DNA of 64,000 nt from Escherichia phage W22: sequence record PV159336. The stretch is one strand, 5' to 3'. Made by a program: the position numbers and the translations under genes. Of the stretch, positions 1-9,517 are shown one piece after another; position 1 is the first letter of the stretch, and every line of letters begins with the position of its first letter. Below the pieces are notes generated by a model. That model saw only the letters and a program-made list of their open reading frames with translations, was not told the origin of the DNA and did not search any database.

Positions 1-1
1 G

Positions 2-112
2 ATCACAGGCTGGGGTTTTGGTGATAAGAAAGAACTTCGTGGTGCTTGGTATTGGTCTGCTCCGCTACAATATTACATTAATGGTAGGTGGATAACAGTA
101 ACCAACGTTTAG
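2..112 (+). CDS. partial CDS (3' end; 5' part lies outside window), product unknown
   Basis: Frame open from window edge to TAG at 110-112 (...RWITVTNV*); RBS of next gene follows directly. Confidence 0.35.
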   Translation: MTGWGFGDKKELRGAWYWSAPLQYYINGRWITVTNV

Positions 113-124
113 TAAGGAGAACAC

Positions 125-676
125 ATGAAAAAAGATGTTATTTACACTGGCTTTGAACTATATCAACCAGAATTGACAGAAGAAAATGTCATGTATCTTT
201 CAATAGGTGCTGGTTTTCTTAAAGATAAAGATGGTAATGATTGGTACGAAATTCAGAAATATTTATCCAAAAATTACCCTGATGCCTATTTCTTAACTCT
301 AGATCACAACAATGTAGTTGTTGCAGTTACGAAAGATGTTTCTACATATTTTCCTGCTGGTCTTACTGTTCTTGTAACGTATAATGTTCCAGATAAAATA
401 GAAGAAGAAAGCAATCTAGGATCGTGGAAATATGATAATGGTAAGTTTATTTCTTATAATGGGTTTGCAATAGAAGATGCCAACCTTAAAATGGAAAAAG
501 AATTAACTTGGGCCACAAATCAAATATCTGCAATGCAAGATTTAGAGGAATTACAAGGTTTATCTGAAGAACAAAAAGATTGGTTAGGAAAAGTTAAACT
601 ATATCGTGCAACACTGATTCAAATTAACGTTGAAGATGCACCTAATATAACTTGGCCTACAAGACCTAAGAAATAG
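125..676 (+). CDS. hypothetical protein (183 aa), probably virion/tail-associated
   Basis: ATG preceded by TAAGGAGA at 113-120; no recognisable motif; sits in fibre gene block. Confidence 0.5.
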   Translation: MKKDVIYTGFELYQPELTEENVMYLSIGAGFLKDKDGNDWYEIQKYLSKNYPDAYFLTLDHNNVVVAVTKDVSTYFPAGLTVLVTYNVPDKIEEESNLGSWKYDNGKFISYNGFAIEDANLKMEKELTWATNQISAMQDLEELQGLSEEQKDWLGKVKLYRATLIQINVEDAPNITWPTRPKK

Positions 677-685
677 GGGTAATGT

Positions 686-1027
686 ATGGAGCTAACAGAA
701 GTATGGGATATCGCTAAAGAGGCGATTATCCCTCTTATTGGTGTAATCTGGGTGGTCTTCAAACAGAAGATAGATGATATGGCAAGTGATTTGGATAAAA
801 TGGAAGACAAATACCGTGAACTAGAAAAGAAGTTGGTGTTTGTTGAATCCACTTATGCTACCAAAGCAGAACTTGCTCAAATGCTTAACCAGATCAACTC
901 TACATTAATGGCAAATAATACTGCCTTAGAACAGAAGATTGAAAAAATAATGGATTTAAAAAATGCTCCTGTTCAATTAATGCTAGAGGAGATTACGAAG
1001 CGCACACAAAGTAAGGACAAAAATTAA
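686..1027 (+). CDS. hypothetical protein with N-terminal hydrophobic segment and coiled-coil
   Basis: AGGGG RBS; hydrophobic AIIPLIGVIWVVF then heptad-like charged region; stop overlaps next start (TAATG). Confidence 0.5.
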   Translation: MELTEVWDIAKEAIIPLIGVIWVVFKQKIDDMASDLDKMEDKYRELEKKLVFVESTYATKAELAQMLNQINSTLMANNTALEQKIEKIMDLKNAPVQLMLEEITKRTQSKDKN

Positions 1028-3441
1028 TGGCGAATTTTCCAACATATCCTGCTACGACACTAGAACAAGGTGTTGATCTGGTTATATTCTCGTCTAACCA
1101 GATGCATGATGTTATTAACGGGGATGCTACAGCAACTGTAGAAACCGAAACAGGTTTAATACCTACACTGCGTAAAGCACTTGTTGATAACTTCTTCTTT
1201 AAGAGTCCTGTTGCTTGGTCAGCAGGATCAACTGAAACTGTATTTAACCAGTTACGTTATTTTGAAAACGGTATCTTGAGTGGGTACTACTATGCCCCAT
1301 CTGCCACTACTGCGAACCCTGTACCTATGCAGGGTACACCTGTAGGAGACAGTAACTGGACTCTGTACGCTCTTAAAACTGAACAGTTAGCTTCAGATGT
1401 GTATCCTTGGTATTTTAAAGGTGCTACAGGATATGAAACAGAAATCAGTCCTCCTTATATCTTTGATAATGCTATTGTCACCATTAACGGTGTAATTCAG
1501 ATTCAAGGTGAAGCATTTACTATCAAAGATAGTAAAATTATTCTGGCAGAACCATTAGGTTTAGATCCGTCTACTGGGCTACCTAACAAATTGTTTGCTT
1601 TTATTGGTAAAACAACAGCCTCTACTTCTTACGTAGAGAAAAACCTTTTGTCATCTACCACTGGTGCAGCAATGGTTGGTCTTCCATCTGGAGGCAACCT
1701 GTTACAAGCTCAATACTTTGTAACGCCTGAACAGTTTGGTGCAATTGGTGATGGAGTTACCGATGATACTCAAGCAATTTTAAAAACCATTACTTTCGCT
1801 AACACGAATAACATTCAAGTACGTGCAGATAAGAATTATAGATTCACAAGCTCAATTGCTATGTCTGGTATTCGTTGGTATGGTGGTACATTCACTGGTA
1901 ACGGTGGAACAATGATTTCTACTGTGTCCTGTTGGATTGAAAACGTTCGCTTTGAAAAATGTTATGTTAAGATGTTAGGTGGGGATTGCCGATTCTATCG
2001 TAATATCTTCTCCAACGCAACATCTACAGCAGCATTCTTAATGCAAGCGATGACAAGTGAAGGTACGTTGGACTTCAGTTACAACGAAATGTATGGTTGT
2101 AAATATGCGATCCTGCAACAAGGTACTGGAGAAGTAATGACCTATGGGCGTTACTCTAACAACTACATTCACGATATCAAAGGTGATGCTATTGAACTTA
2201 ACGTAGTTCAAAAACACTACACTGAAGGTTTGATCATCGAGAATAACCACATTGCTAACGTAGATGCTTCTGGACAAGGGGCAAACTGGGGTATTGGTAT
2301 TGGTGTAGCAGGTAGTGGCCCATATGGTGTTGATGCTCCTGATTCACAATATGTACGTAACTTCAGTATCGTTGGGAATAGGGTTTACAATTGCCGTCAA
2401 TGTTTACACGTTGAAATGGGTAAAAACTTTACGATACGTGATAATGAAGTTTATCCTAACACAGCAGTTTCAACAGGTACAGGTTTAACTACTTGTGGTG
2501 TTGCATTATACGGATGCCAAGACTTTGAAGTTGATGGTTTAACTGGTTATCTGCTTAATGATCCGTCTGTTTCAACACGCATGGTCTTTATTGACTGGGG
2601 TGTTAACAGTGGAAGATATGCGGGGCCACCAATTAACTTTACAATTAAGAATTTGGATATTCCAGAATCTTCAATTGAAATTGCAACGGCTGGATCAGAT
2701 GCCTGGGAAAACTCTACAATTGTTAGTAACATCAATTGTAATGTTTTTAAATGGCGTGGACTACCATCTAGCTCTACCTTTAATAATATTCGTTGCCGTA
2801 GTATTGACTTTATTGGTCAACACGGAAGCGGAGAAGGAAGTGGTGGCGGTTTCTATACTCGCAGCCAATTCACTTATATGAAGTGGGTAGGATGTACAGC
2901 ACTTAGCGGAGATGAAACAACAGTTTCTTTTGCTAAAATCTACACGGATCGTTGCGATCAGGTTGGAAATAACTTTGGTGTTCCAACTGCTGTTGATGGT
3001 ACAGGTCATCGTGGGCCAGTCTTAACCACTATTTCTGAACAATATTTTACAGATTATGATGAATTCCCAGGTGGGCGTGACTTCCCTACTGGAACAGTTA
3101 TTCATTGTGCAAGCGGTAAAAAACACGTTGTTACAGTAGGTGGTGCTTTCTTTAGTAATAATGAGAAAATAAAAGCAACTGTTACAGGTCAAACCTATCT
3201 ACAGTCTAATGCTTTAAACTGGGCTAGTAATGGCTACGCTAAAGCGGCAGGTACTAAGATTGTTATTCCAGGTGCAGGAGCAAATGGTGGCGATCTTGTG
3301 ACAACTATAGCACGTGCTACGTATGTGACAAATAGTTTGTACACAATAGATATTGCAGATCCAATTGTAACACCTACAGCAGAGAATACACAAATTAAAG
3401 CTCTGAACCCTGTTACTTTTGTTACTGTCAATAATGCTTAA
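1027..3441 (+). CDS. tail fibre/tailspike protein with predicted right-handed beta-helix (depolymerase-like) domain
   Basis: 804 aa; repetitive Gly/Asn/Thr-rich beta-helix-like repeats (NNHIANVD, GNRVYNC, NFTIRDNEVY); fibre gene context; family assignment from pattern, not search. Confidence 0.55.
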   Translation: MANFPTYPATTLEQGVDLVIFSSNQMHDVINGDATATVETETGLIPTLRKALVDNFFFKSPVAWSAGSTETVFNQLRYFENGILSGYYYAPSATTANPVPMQGTPVGDSNWTLYALKTEQLASDVYPWYFKGATGYETEISPPYIFDNAIVTINGVIQIQGEAFTIKDSKIILAEPLGLDPSTGLPNKLFAFIGKTTASTSYVEKNLLSSTTGAAMVGLPSGGNLLQAQYFVTPEQFGAIGDGVTDDTQAILKTITFANTNNIQVRADKNYRFTSSIAMSGIRWYGGTFTGNGGTMISTVSCWIENVRFEKCYVKMLGGDCRFYRNIFSNATSTAAFLMQAMTSEGTLDFSYNEMYGCKYAILQQGTGEVMTYGRYSNNYIHDIKGDAIELNVVQKHYTEGLIIENNHIANVDASGQGANWGIGIGVAGSGPYGVDAPDSQYVRNFSIVGNRVYNCRQCLHVEMGKNFTIRDNEVYPNTAVSTGTGLTTCGVALYGCQDFEVDGLTGYLLNDPSVSTRMVFIDWGVNSGRYAGPPINFTIKNLDIPESSIEIATAGSDAWENSTIVSNINCNVFKWRGLPSSSTFNNIRCRSIDFIGQHGSGEGSGGGFYTRSQFTYMKWVGCTALSGDETTVSFAKIYTDRCDQVGNNFGVPTAVDGTGHRGPVLTTISEQYFTDYDEFPGGRDFPTGTVIHCASGKKHVVTVGGAFFSNNEKIKATVTGQTYLQSNALNWASNGYAKAAGTKIVIPGAGANGGDLVTTIARATYVTNSLYTIDIADPIVTPTAENTQIKALNPVTFVTVNNA

Positions 3442-3444
3442 TTA

Positions 3445-3468
3445 AAAGGGGCGAAAGCCCCTTTATAA
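3445..3468 (+). terminator. rho-independent terminator
   Basis: AAAGGGGC-GAAA-GCCCCTTT hairpin followed by TAT-rich tract, directly after stop at 3441. Confidence 0.6.
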
Positions 3469-3481
3469 AAGGAGTAGTAAA

Positions 3482-5443
3482 GTGATTTTAACACGTCCAA
3501 ATAGTGCCATTGCAGACATGGTAGAGTCTCGCTATAGAAAGCGTAGAAGTTTTGCAAGTGGTTTTACCTTAAGAGATGCTCGTGAAGCATTGCTCTTTGA
3601 AGCTGACGGTAACTACTATCAGTGGAAAGGCTCTCTACCTAAAGTTGTACCTGCTAACTCTACTCCTACATCTACTGGAGGGATTTCAGATACAGCTTGG
3701 AAAAATGTGGGTAATGCAGATGACATTGCTCAAATAGAATCAGAATTAGATGCTATTGAAGCTGAAATTGAAGATCTTAGAGAATCCATCCCAGAAGCTG
3801 GTAAATCAGCTTACCAGATTGCCGTAGACAATGGTTTCCAAGGTACTGAGACACAGTGGTTGGCTTCTTTAAAAGGTGATCCAGGTGCTCCATTAAAGCT
3901 ATTAGGGACACTATCTAATACCAACCAATTACCTACAAGTGGAAACAATGCAGGGGATGCATGGATTGTAGGCGAGAATATGTATGCTTGGGATGGTACT
4001 GCTTGGAGAAAAGTAAACTCACAGGGGCCAGAAGGTAAATCTGCTTATGAAGTATGGCTTGCAGCAGGAAATGAAGGTACAGAACTAGATTATCTTGCTT
4101 CAATTAAAGGTGATAAAGGGGAGCCTGGCCCAGAGGGGCCACAAGGTGTGCCAGGTAATAATGCTAATGGTTTTGATTACCAAGGCGCAGCTAATTCCGT
4201 TTCAGATCTTCCTTCTGCATCTCATGGAAACACATCTCAAGCATGGAGTGTTGGTACATATCTATACGTGTCAAACGGTGTAGAATGGATCAATATGGGT
4301 GCTATAGTGGGGCCAAAAGGAGATAAAGGCGACAAAGGTGATAAGGGTAACACTGGTGATTCAGCTTATCAAGTCTGGTTAAATGCTGGTAACGTTGGTA
4401 CTATTGATGAATATATTGCCTCTCTGAAAGGAGAAAAAGGTGATAAGGGAGACAAGGGTGATCAAGGTGCACAGGGTATACAAGGCTTGACGGGGCCAAC
4501 TGGTGCAGGGTTGACCATTATTGACATTCTTACTAGCACTTCTGAACTACCACAAACTGGAGAAGAGGGTGATGGTTATCTAATCAATAATGAACTTTGG
4601 GTCTGGTTGCAAGGAGCCACAGAGTGGACAAATGTTGGTCGTTTAGCTGGTACTCCAATCACTGCAAAAGGACACGTTGCGTCTGCAAGTGCACTTCCTC
4701 CTACAGCTAATTACGGTGATGCTTATCTGACGGAAGATACAGGTCATCTTTACATTTACACCTATGATGAACAAACTCAAACTGCTGAATATGTAGATAT
4801 GGGTAGTTTGAAAGGTGATAAGGGTGAAAAAGGTGACGCTGGTACTAACGGTACAGACGGTGCAACTTGGATTGTTAAAACAACAGATCCAATCTCTAGT
4901 GATGGTAAACAAGGTGATTATGCCTTTAATATCTCCACTGGCGAGGTGTTCTTAAAAACATCTGCAACTGTCTGGACTTCTCAAGGTACACTACCTAGTA
5001 TCACAGATGCACCTAGTGATGGTAAGACTTATGCTCGTAAAGATGGGGCATGGGAAGAACTCACTAATTCTGTAGATGGTCAAGATATAGTTCCAACAAA
5101 AGTAACAACTAATTTTATAGAGGTTACAGCATATACCAACAATTCTGTTACAGGCGACTGGACACCTCCAGGAACACATAACATGAATGTGTTGAATCTT
5201 ACTGGTAACTCTACTATAAAAGCATGGCCTGGTGTCGAAGATAGCACAAAACCTAAACCATTCTCTGCAATAGTTTATCTTATCCAAGATGCCACTGGAG
5301 GTCATACTGTTACTTTAGATCCATCTTACAAAGTAATTGGTTCTAGTGATATTAATACAGATCCTAACGGAGTAACAATACTACAACTAACATATTGTGG
5401 TGTTGGCGATTACGTGGATGCTATTGTTGCTAAACGCACATAA
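3482..5443 (+). CDS. collagen-like repeat tail fibre protein
   Basis: GTG start with AAGGAG RBS; multiple G-X-Y runs (KGDKGEPGPEGPQGVPG, GPKGDKGDKGDKGNTGD, KGEKGDKGDKGDQGAQGIQGLTGPTGAG). Confidence 0.7.
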   Translation: MILTRPNSAIADMVESRYRKRRSFASGFTLRDAREALLFEADGNYYQWKGSLPKVVPANSTPTSTGGISDTAWKNVGNADDIAQIESELDAIEAEIEDLRESIPEAGKSAYQIAVDNGFQGTETQWLASLKGDPGAPLKLLGTLSNTNQLPTSGNNAGDAWIVGENMYAWDGTAWRKVNSQGPEGKSAYEVWLAAGNEGTELDYLASIKGDKGEPGPEGPQGVPGNNANGFDYQGAANSVSDLPSASHGNTSQAWSVGTYLYVSNGVEWINMGAIVGPKGDKGDKGDKGNTGDSAYQVWLNAGNVGTIDEYIASLKGEKGDKGDKGDQGAQGIQGLTGPTGAGLTIIDILTSTSELPQTGEEGDGYLINNELWVWLQGATEWTNVGRLAGTPITAKGHVASASALPPTANYGDAYLTEDTGHLYIYTYDEQTQTAEYVDMGSLKGDKGEKGDAGTNGTDGATWIVKTTDPISSDGKQGDYAFNISTGEVFLKTSATVWTSQGTLPSITDAPSDGKTYARKDGAWEELTNSVDGQDIVPTKVTTNFIEVTAYTNNSVTGDWTPPGTHNMNVLNLTGNSTIKAWPGVEDSTKPKPFSAIVYLIQDATGGHTVTLDPSYKVIGSSDINTDPNGVTILQLTYCGVGDYVDAIVAKRT

Positions 5444-5445
5444 TC

Positions 5446-5471
5446 AAAGCCCCTTCGGGGGCTTATTATTT
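5446..5471 (+). terminator. rho-independent terminator
   Basis: AAGCCCC-TTCG-GGGGCTT hairpin then ATTATTT, 3 nt after stop. Confidence 0.65.
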
Positions 5472-5482
5472 AAGGAGATTAA

Positions 5483-8302
5483 ATGTATCCTATTCCTTTA
5501 TTTATGTCAACAACATCAGCTTCAGTAGTAACAGCTACATCTATAACCACTTCCTCTATTGGTATTGCAATAGTTGGTAGTAAAAAGCAACTGACATACA
5601 CAGTTTCACCGGAAGATGGTGCGTTATTTGATATAGCTTTTTCATCTTCAGATAATACCAAAATGGTTATAGATAATAACGGTATGATGGAGTTTGTTGC
5701 TGAAGGCGGTTTTGATGCAATAATGACAGCTAAAAATAATTTAGGTGCTGTCTTAACTGATCAGTCTGGTGGCTATGCTTCAGAATTAAGTGTGTACACT
5801 GAAAGTCTGTCTGCTATGGATGCAGGAACTACTCAACAATTGGTTGCTACAATCAGTCCAGAAGGTGCTAAAGACCTTCCAGACATGGTAATTACGTACA
5901 CCACAACAGATCCAGAAGTAGCTACTGTAAGCCCTACAGGATTAATAACTGCTCTTAAAGATGGCAGTTGCCGTATAGGTTGCACTGCAACTTATCAAGG
6001 AACAGTGGTGGCCTCTGATAGTTCTTATTTAGGTGTTAATGCTGTTCCTGTTATTTCTAATGTAACAGCCGTGGCAAACAGCTATGGAGACATTCGTGTT
6101 GCTTGGGATGTAGCTGATCCGCTAGATGGTGATACTTATACTGTAGAAGTATTAGATTTAAGTAATAACAGTGTCCAGTGGACTACAACAACCACGAATA
6201 CTTACGCCTACTTTGATATCTCTGACTCTATTCCTCTTTATGGGTTTGCTCCAACATACCTTAAAATTAGCGTTAAGAGCACCAAAGCAGCAGCCGTTAT
6301 CTTTAATAACTCAATAGCTACAGATGATTCATTCATTAAAGAAGTTATTGTCTTTGCTGGACAAGATAACGTAAATGCACACTTTACAGAACTATCTGGT
6401 GCAAATAAAGCAGCAATGAGTAGCACAACAGCCCGTAATGCATATGCTACGCAACGTGGTTTAGCAAATGCTGAAGTTCTCCCGTTAAATACAGCTTCTG
6501 GATCATCAGCAGCAGATAAATATGCAGATGATAAAGCCGGAACAGGTACACCAGACAACTACTGGTATGATCTGGATAACACAGCAGATGGGCCATGCTT
6601 AACTAACTTTATCACTAAAGTCACACCTTATGCAAGTAAGGTTAAAGCAATTATTTGGGGACAAGGTGAAAATGATGCTGTATCAGCATCTTCGACTGTT
6701 GCAGGAAGATACAGTAACACTACACGTTACCATGATGCTACGATAGCTATCTTTGATAAGATGCGTACAATAGTTCCTGCTTCTCAAGCAAAAATTGTTT
6801 GGCAGATCCTAGGACGTTCTTATCTGTATGGTGTAGAAGTTAATGGTGTGGATTGGCAGAAATACAGAAATGTACAAAGAACCATCTCTACAGCACGTGA
6901 CGATGTTATCATTGGTTCTTGGGTAGATGGTGCTGAACGTTACAGTGGTTATGTTTATGAAGAAGGTATTGATGGTCGTATCCATTATATTTCTTCTGTA
7001 TACCAGACAGCAGCTACAAAACTTGCTAAATCAGCAGCAGACGGTACAGACCTAACATCAACGTCACCTGTTTGGGTTGATATGGCTGTTCCAACTGGAG
7101 CAACAGCTACTTCCCAACCTAATCAAGATACAATCTTAGCATGGGATGCTCAAGGTTATAGTAAACACTACTTCCGTAATATTAACGTCTTAACAGCATC
7201 TGTATTAACTGAACAAACGCTTAATACGAACAGTTATACGTTTACCTATGCAGATCAAGTAGAACAATATGGTTTTGCAGCAGGTACTACGATATTTGAT
7301 GTTGCATATTATGACGAAGCAAATGATGTGTTATCTCCTTTAGTACGTTTTAATGTTAGCGTTACAGCAGGAAAAGTAGAAGATAAACCTGTCGTGATGG
7401 ACTATGATTTGACGCAAGAAACTCTCCCATCAGATGTTAAGGTTAATGGTGGAAACTCTTTTGCTCGTGCTTCTGGAGATACACTTGTAGCCACTAACAC
7501 CTTGGTTGCTCCGTTGGAGTATGTTGGCACTACCCCTGTAGGTAGACGTGTAACAGCTAACACAGCTACACAAATTTTTGTCAACAACGCCTTAACAAGC
7601 GCAAGCCCGTGGGTAAAGACCAACTTAACTGTTGCAGCTTCATCTGATAAATCTCCGGCTGGAACTACTGCTAATGTATTCAAATTAACTCCGACTACAA
7701 CCTCTGGTAGTCATATCTTAACTGCAACATATACTAACGCGTACAACATATCTGCCGGACGTAACTGGTCTGCCTCTGTTTTCTTGAAAGCGAACGGGAT
7801 TACTAAGGCCAAACTAAGATTAAAAGCAGGGACTGAAGTTAATGAAGGTACTTTTGATTTAGCAGCAGGTACATTCACAGGAAGTGAAGCTAATATTATA
7901 TCTATGGGCAACGGTTGGTATCGTGCTATTCTGCATAAAACAGGGATAGCCAAACAGTCCTCCATAAGTTTTGAAATAATTGCCTTGGATGCTACTGGTG
8001 CGGAGATTTTCGCTGGGGATGGTACTAGTAACCTTGCAGTTTGGTTGCCACAGCTTGAAGGTGCTTCTACAGGAGAAACATCAAAAGCTGGATCGCCTTA
8101 TGTCTGCACATATCCTGGAAATTTAGGAGGAGTATCCTTCACTATACCAAGGAACGGACATACTGGTGTGGATGTTTACTATTCCAACGGAGACGTTGTT
8201 CGTGACGTATTCTCTGGTACGGCATCTACTTGGACAATAAACTACTCCAGCTTGTACGATTGGGGATCAGTCTTTATTACAGGTTTGAAATATTACGACT
8301 AA
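5483..8302 (+). CDS. tail fibre protein with Ig-like (BIG2-type) repeats and SGNH/sialate-O-acetylesterase-like domain
   Basis: 939 aa; N-terminal Ig-like repeats; internal IIWGQGENDA resembles the W-x-QGESN esterase motif; AAGGAG RBS. Confidence 0.5.
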   Translation: MYPIPLFMSTTSASVVTATSITTSSIGIAIVGSKKQLTYTVSPEDGALFDIAFSSSDNTKMVIDNNGMMEFVAEGGFDAIMTAKNNLGAVLTDQSGGYASELSVYTESLSAMDAGTTQQLVATISPEGAKDLPDMVITYTTTDPEVATVSPTGLITALKDGSCRIGCTATYQGTVVASDSSYLGVNAVPVISNVTAVANSYGDIRVAWDVADPLDGDTYTVEVLDLSNNSVQWTTTTTNTYAYFDISDSIPLYGFAPTYLKISVKSTKAAAVIFNNSIATDDSFIKEVIVFAGQDNVNAHFTELSGANKAAMSSTTARNAYATQRGLANAEVLPLNTASGSSAADKYADDKAGTGTPDNYWYDLDNTADGPCLTNFITKVTPYASKVKAIIWGQGENDAVSASSTVAGRYSNTTRYHDATIAIFDKMRTIVPASQAKIVWQILGRSYLYGVEVNGVDWQKYRNVQRTISTARDDVIIGSWVDGAERYSGYVYEEGIDGRIHYISSVYQTAATKLAKSAADGTDLTSTSPVWVDMAVPTGATATSQPNQDTILAWDAQGYSKHYFRNINVLTASVLTEQTLNTNSYTFTYADQVEQYGFAAGTTIFDVAYYDEANDVLSPLVRFNVSVTAGKVEDKPVVMDYDLTQETLPSDVKVNGGNSFARASGDTLVATNTLVAPLEYVGTTPVGRRVTANTATQIFVNNALTSASPWVKTNLTVAASSDKSPAGTTANVFKLTPTTTSGSHILTATYTNAYNISAGRNWSASVFLKANGITKAKLRLKAGTEVNEGTFDLAAGTFTGSEANIISMGNGWYRAILHKTGIAKQSSISFEIIALDATGAEIFAGDGTSNLAVWLPQLEGASTGETSKAGSPYVCTYPGNLGGVSFTIPRNGHTGVDVYYSNGDVVRDVFSGTASTWTINYSSLYDWGSVFITGLKYYD

Positions 8303-8303
8303 T

Positions 8304-8335
8304 AAAAAAGGAGCCATTAGGCTCCTTTTCTTTTA
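8304..8335. terminator. bidirectional rho-independent terminator between convergent genes
   Basis: AAGGAGCC-ATTA-GGCTCCTT hairpin flanked by A-run upstream and T-run downstream; lies between + gene stop 8302 and - gene stop 8338. Confidence 0.65.
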
Positions 8336-8337
8336 TC

Positions 8338-8769
8338 TTAATCAGTGAAAATTACGCTCACATCTTCTTTAGAGAAGAGTTTATGATCTTCGCCTTTTGT
8401 CTCAAGAGTTTCATACAGGTTAAGAAGTTCTGAAACATCTTTCTCTACCAGTTTCTTCAATGTTGCAATTTTCTGTTTGCGACTCTTAATACGTTCAGCT
8501 ACAACCTTACGTTGGTATCCAGCAGTACGATAACCTGAGAAAGTTACACCAGTAAGACTTGCAGTTACAGGATCGTAGTGACGTTCAATCTGAAATTTAT
8601 TAAAAGGTACAGCGTCATCACGAATAATCTTACCGCCATTACTTACTTGACGAAGACCAGTAACTTGTTCCAGTCGTGCCATAGAAATCTTTGGAGACAG
8701 ACCAGAGTCCAAATTCATACCGTTGTTAATCAGTGCTTTCAGGGTGATTTTGCTGTTCATTGTACTCAT
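8338..8769 (-). CDS. hypothetical protein
   Basis: ORF of 143 aa; 5' end overlaps stop of upstream MTase gene so true start may be an internal Met. Confidence 0.4.
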   Translation of the reverse strand: MSTMNSKITLKALINNGMNLDSGLSPKISMARLEQVTGLRQVSNGGKIIRDDAVPFNKFQIERHYDPVTASLTGVTFSGYRTAGYQRKVVAERIKSRKQKIATLKKLVEKDVSELLNLYETLETKGEDHKLFSKEDVSVIFTD

Positions 8770-9457
8770 TTAGTCGTTCCTCCGCTTGCTTAAAAATATT
8801 TACATCGGCTTCACAGCCTAAGTATTCTCTACCTGTTAAAAGTGCCGCAACTTGTGTTGTTGCACTTCCAGAGAAGAAGTCTAAGACTACATCTCCTTCG
8901 TTGGTATGTATATTAATAAGGTCACAAAACAAAGTCAAGTGTTTTTGTGTTGGATGAAAACGATCTGCTCCTTGATAGATAGGATACTCAAACACACCCT
9001 TATGGTAGGAAGCATTGAAGGTTGGCTTCGAACCTTTAACACAAACAATAGCCATCTCTTTAGCGTTACTAAGGTAGTTAACACCACTGTTGATGGGTAC
9101 AGGGTTTGTTTTAATCCATTCAATAGTACGGAACATACGAAAACCAAGCGGTTCAAGGATTTCACGTAGCTCCTGGATCTTCCAGATATCATACCAAACT
9201 ATGCAAGTACCACCTTTTCTAAGCACCCTATAGGCTTCTTTGAATACTTCTTTAAAGTAAGGAATATCTACAACGTCCCAGTCACCAAAGTTGTAAGATA
9301 CACGGAATCTATCCGTATCTTTTCCAGTAGGCTCTCCAGATTGAAAATTTGTGTCACGAGAAATAGCATATGGTGGGTCAGTAAGAATCAAATCTACACT
9401 ATTGCTTTCGAGGGTTTGCAGGTAGTTTAATGCAGTGTTGTTTACAAATTCGCTCAT
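8726..9457 (-). CDS. DNA methyltransferase (N6-adenine/N4-cytosine class, motif IV before motif I)
   Basis: ILTDPPY catalytic motif near N-terminus and VLDFFSGSATT AdoMet-binding motif near C-terminus; GGAGAT RBS. Confidence 0.8.
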   Translation of the reverse strand: MSEFVNNTALNYLQTLESNSVDLILTDPPYAISRDTNFQSGEPTGKDTDRFRVSYNFGDWDVVDIPYFKEVFKEAYRVLRKGGTCIVWYDIWKIQELREILEPLGFRMFRTIEWIKTNPVPINSGVNYLSNAKEMAIVCVKGSKPTFNASYHKGVFEYPIYQGADRFHPTQKHLTLFCDLINIHTNEGDVVLDFFSGSATTQVAALLTGREYLGCEADVNIFKQAEERLNEYNEQQNHPESTD

Positions 9458-9475
9458 TATATCTCCTTCAAAGAA

Positions 9476-9495
9476 AAGGAGCCGTTAGGCTCCTT
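9476..9495 (-). terminator. hairpin terminator downstream of SSB-like gene
   Basis: AAGGAGCC-GTTA-GGCTCCTT hairpin, near-identical to the 8310-8325 hairpin; U-rich tract on - strand. Confidence 0.5.
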
Positions 9496-9517
9496 ATATT
9501 CACACAATATTTAACTA

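Noticed and set aside
619-5305. Reverse-strand track ORFs inside the tail-fibre genes (for example 619-852, 2038-2277, 2547-3009, 3234-3431, 4643-5305)
   Set aside because: They lie antisense within long, well-supported coding regions, lack RBS, and have odd composition (Cys- or Ser-rich); treated as shadow ORFs. The same reasoning applies to the other embedded antisense ORFs in the track.
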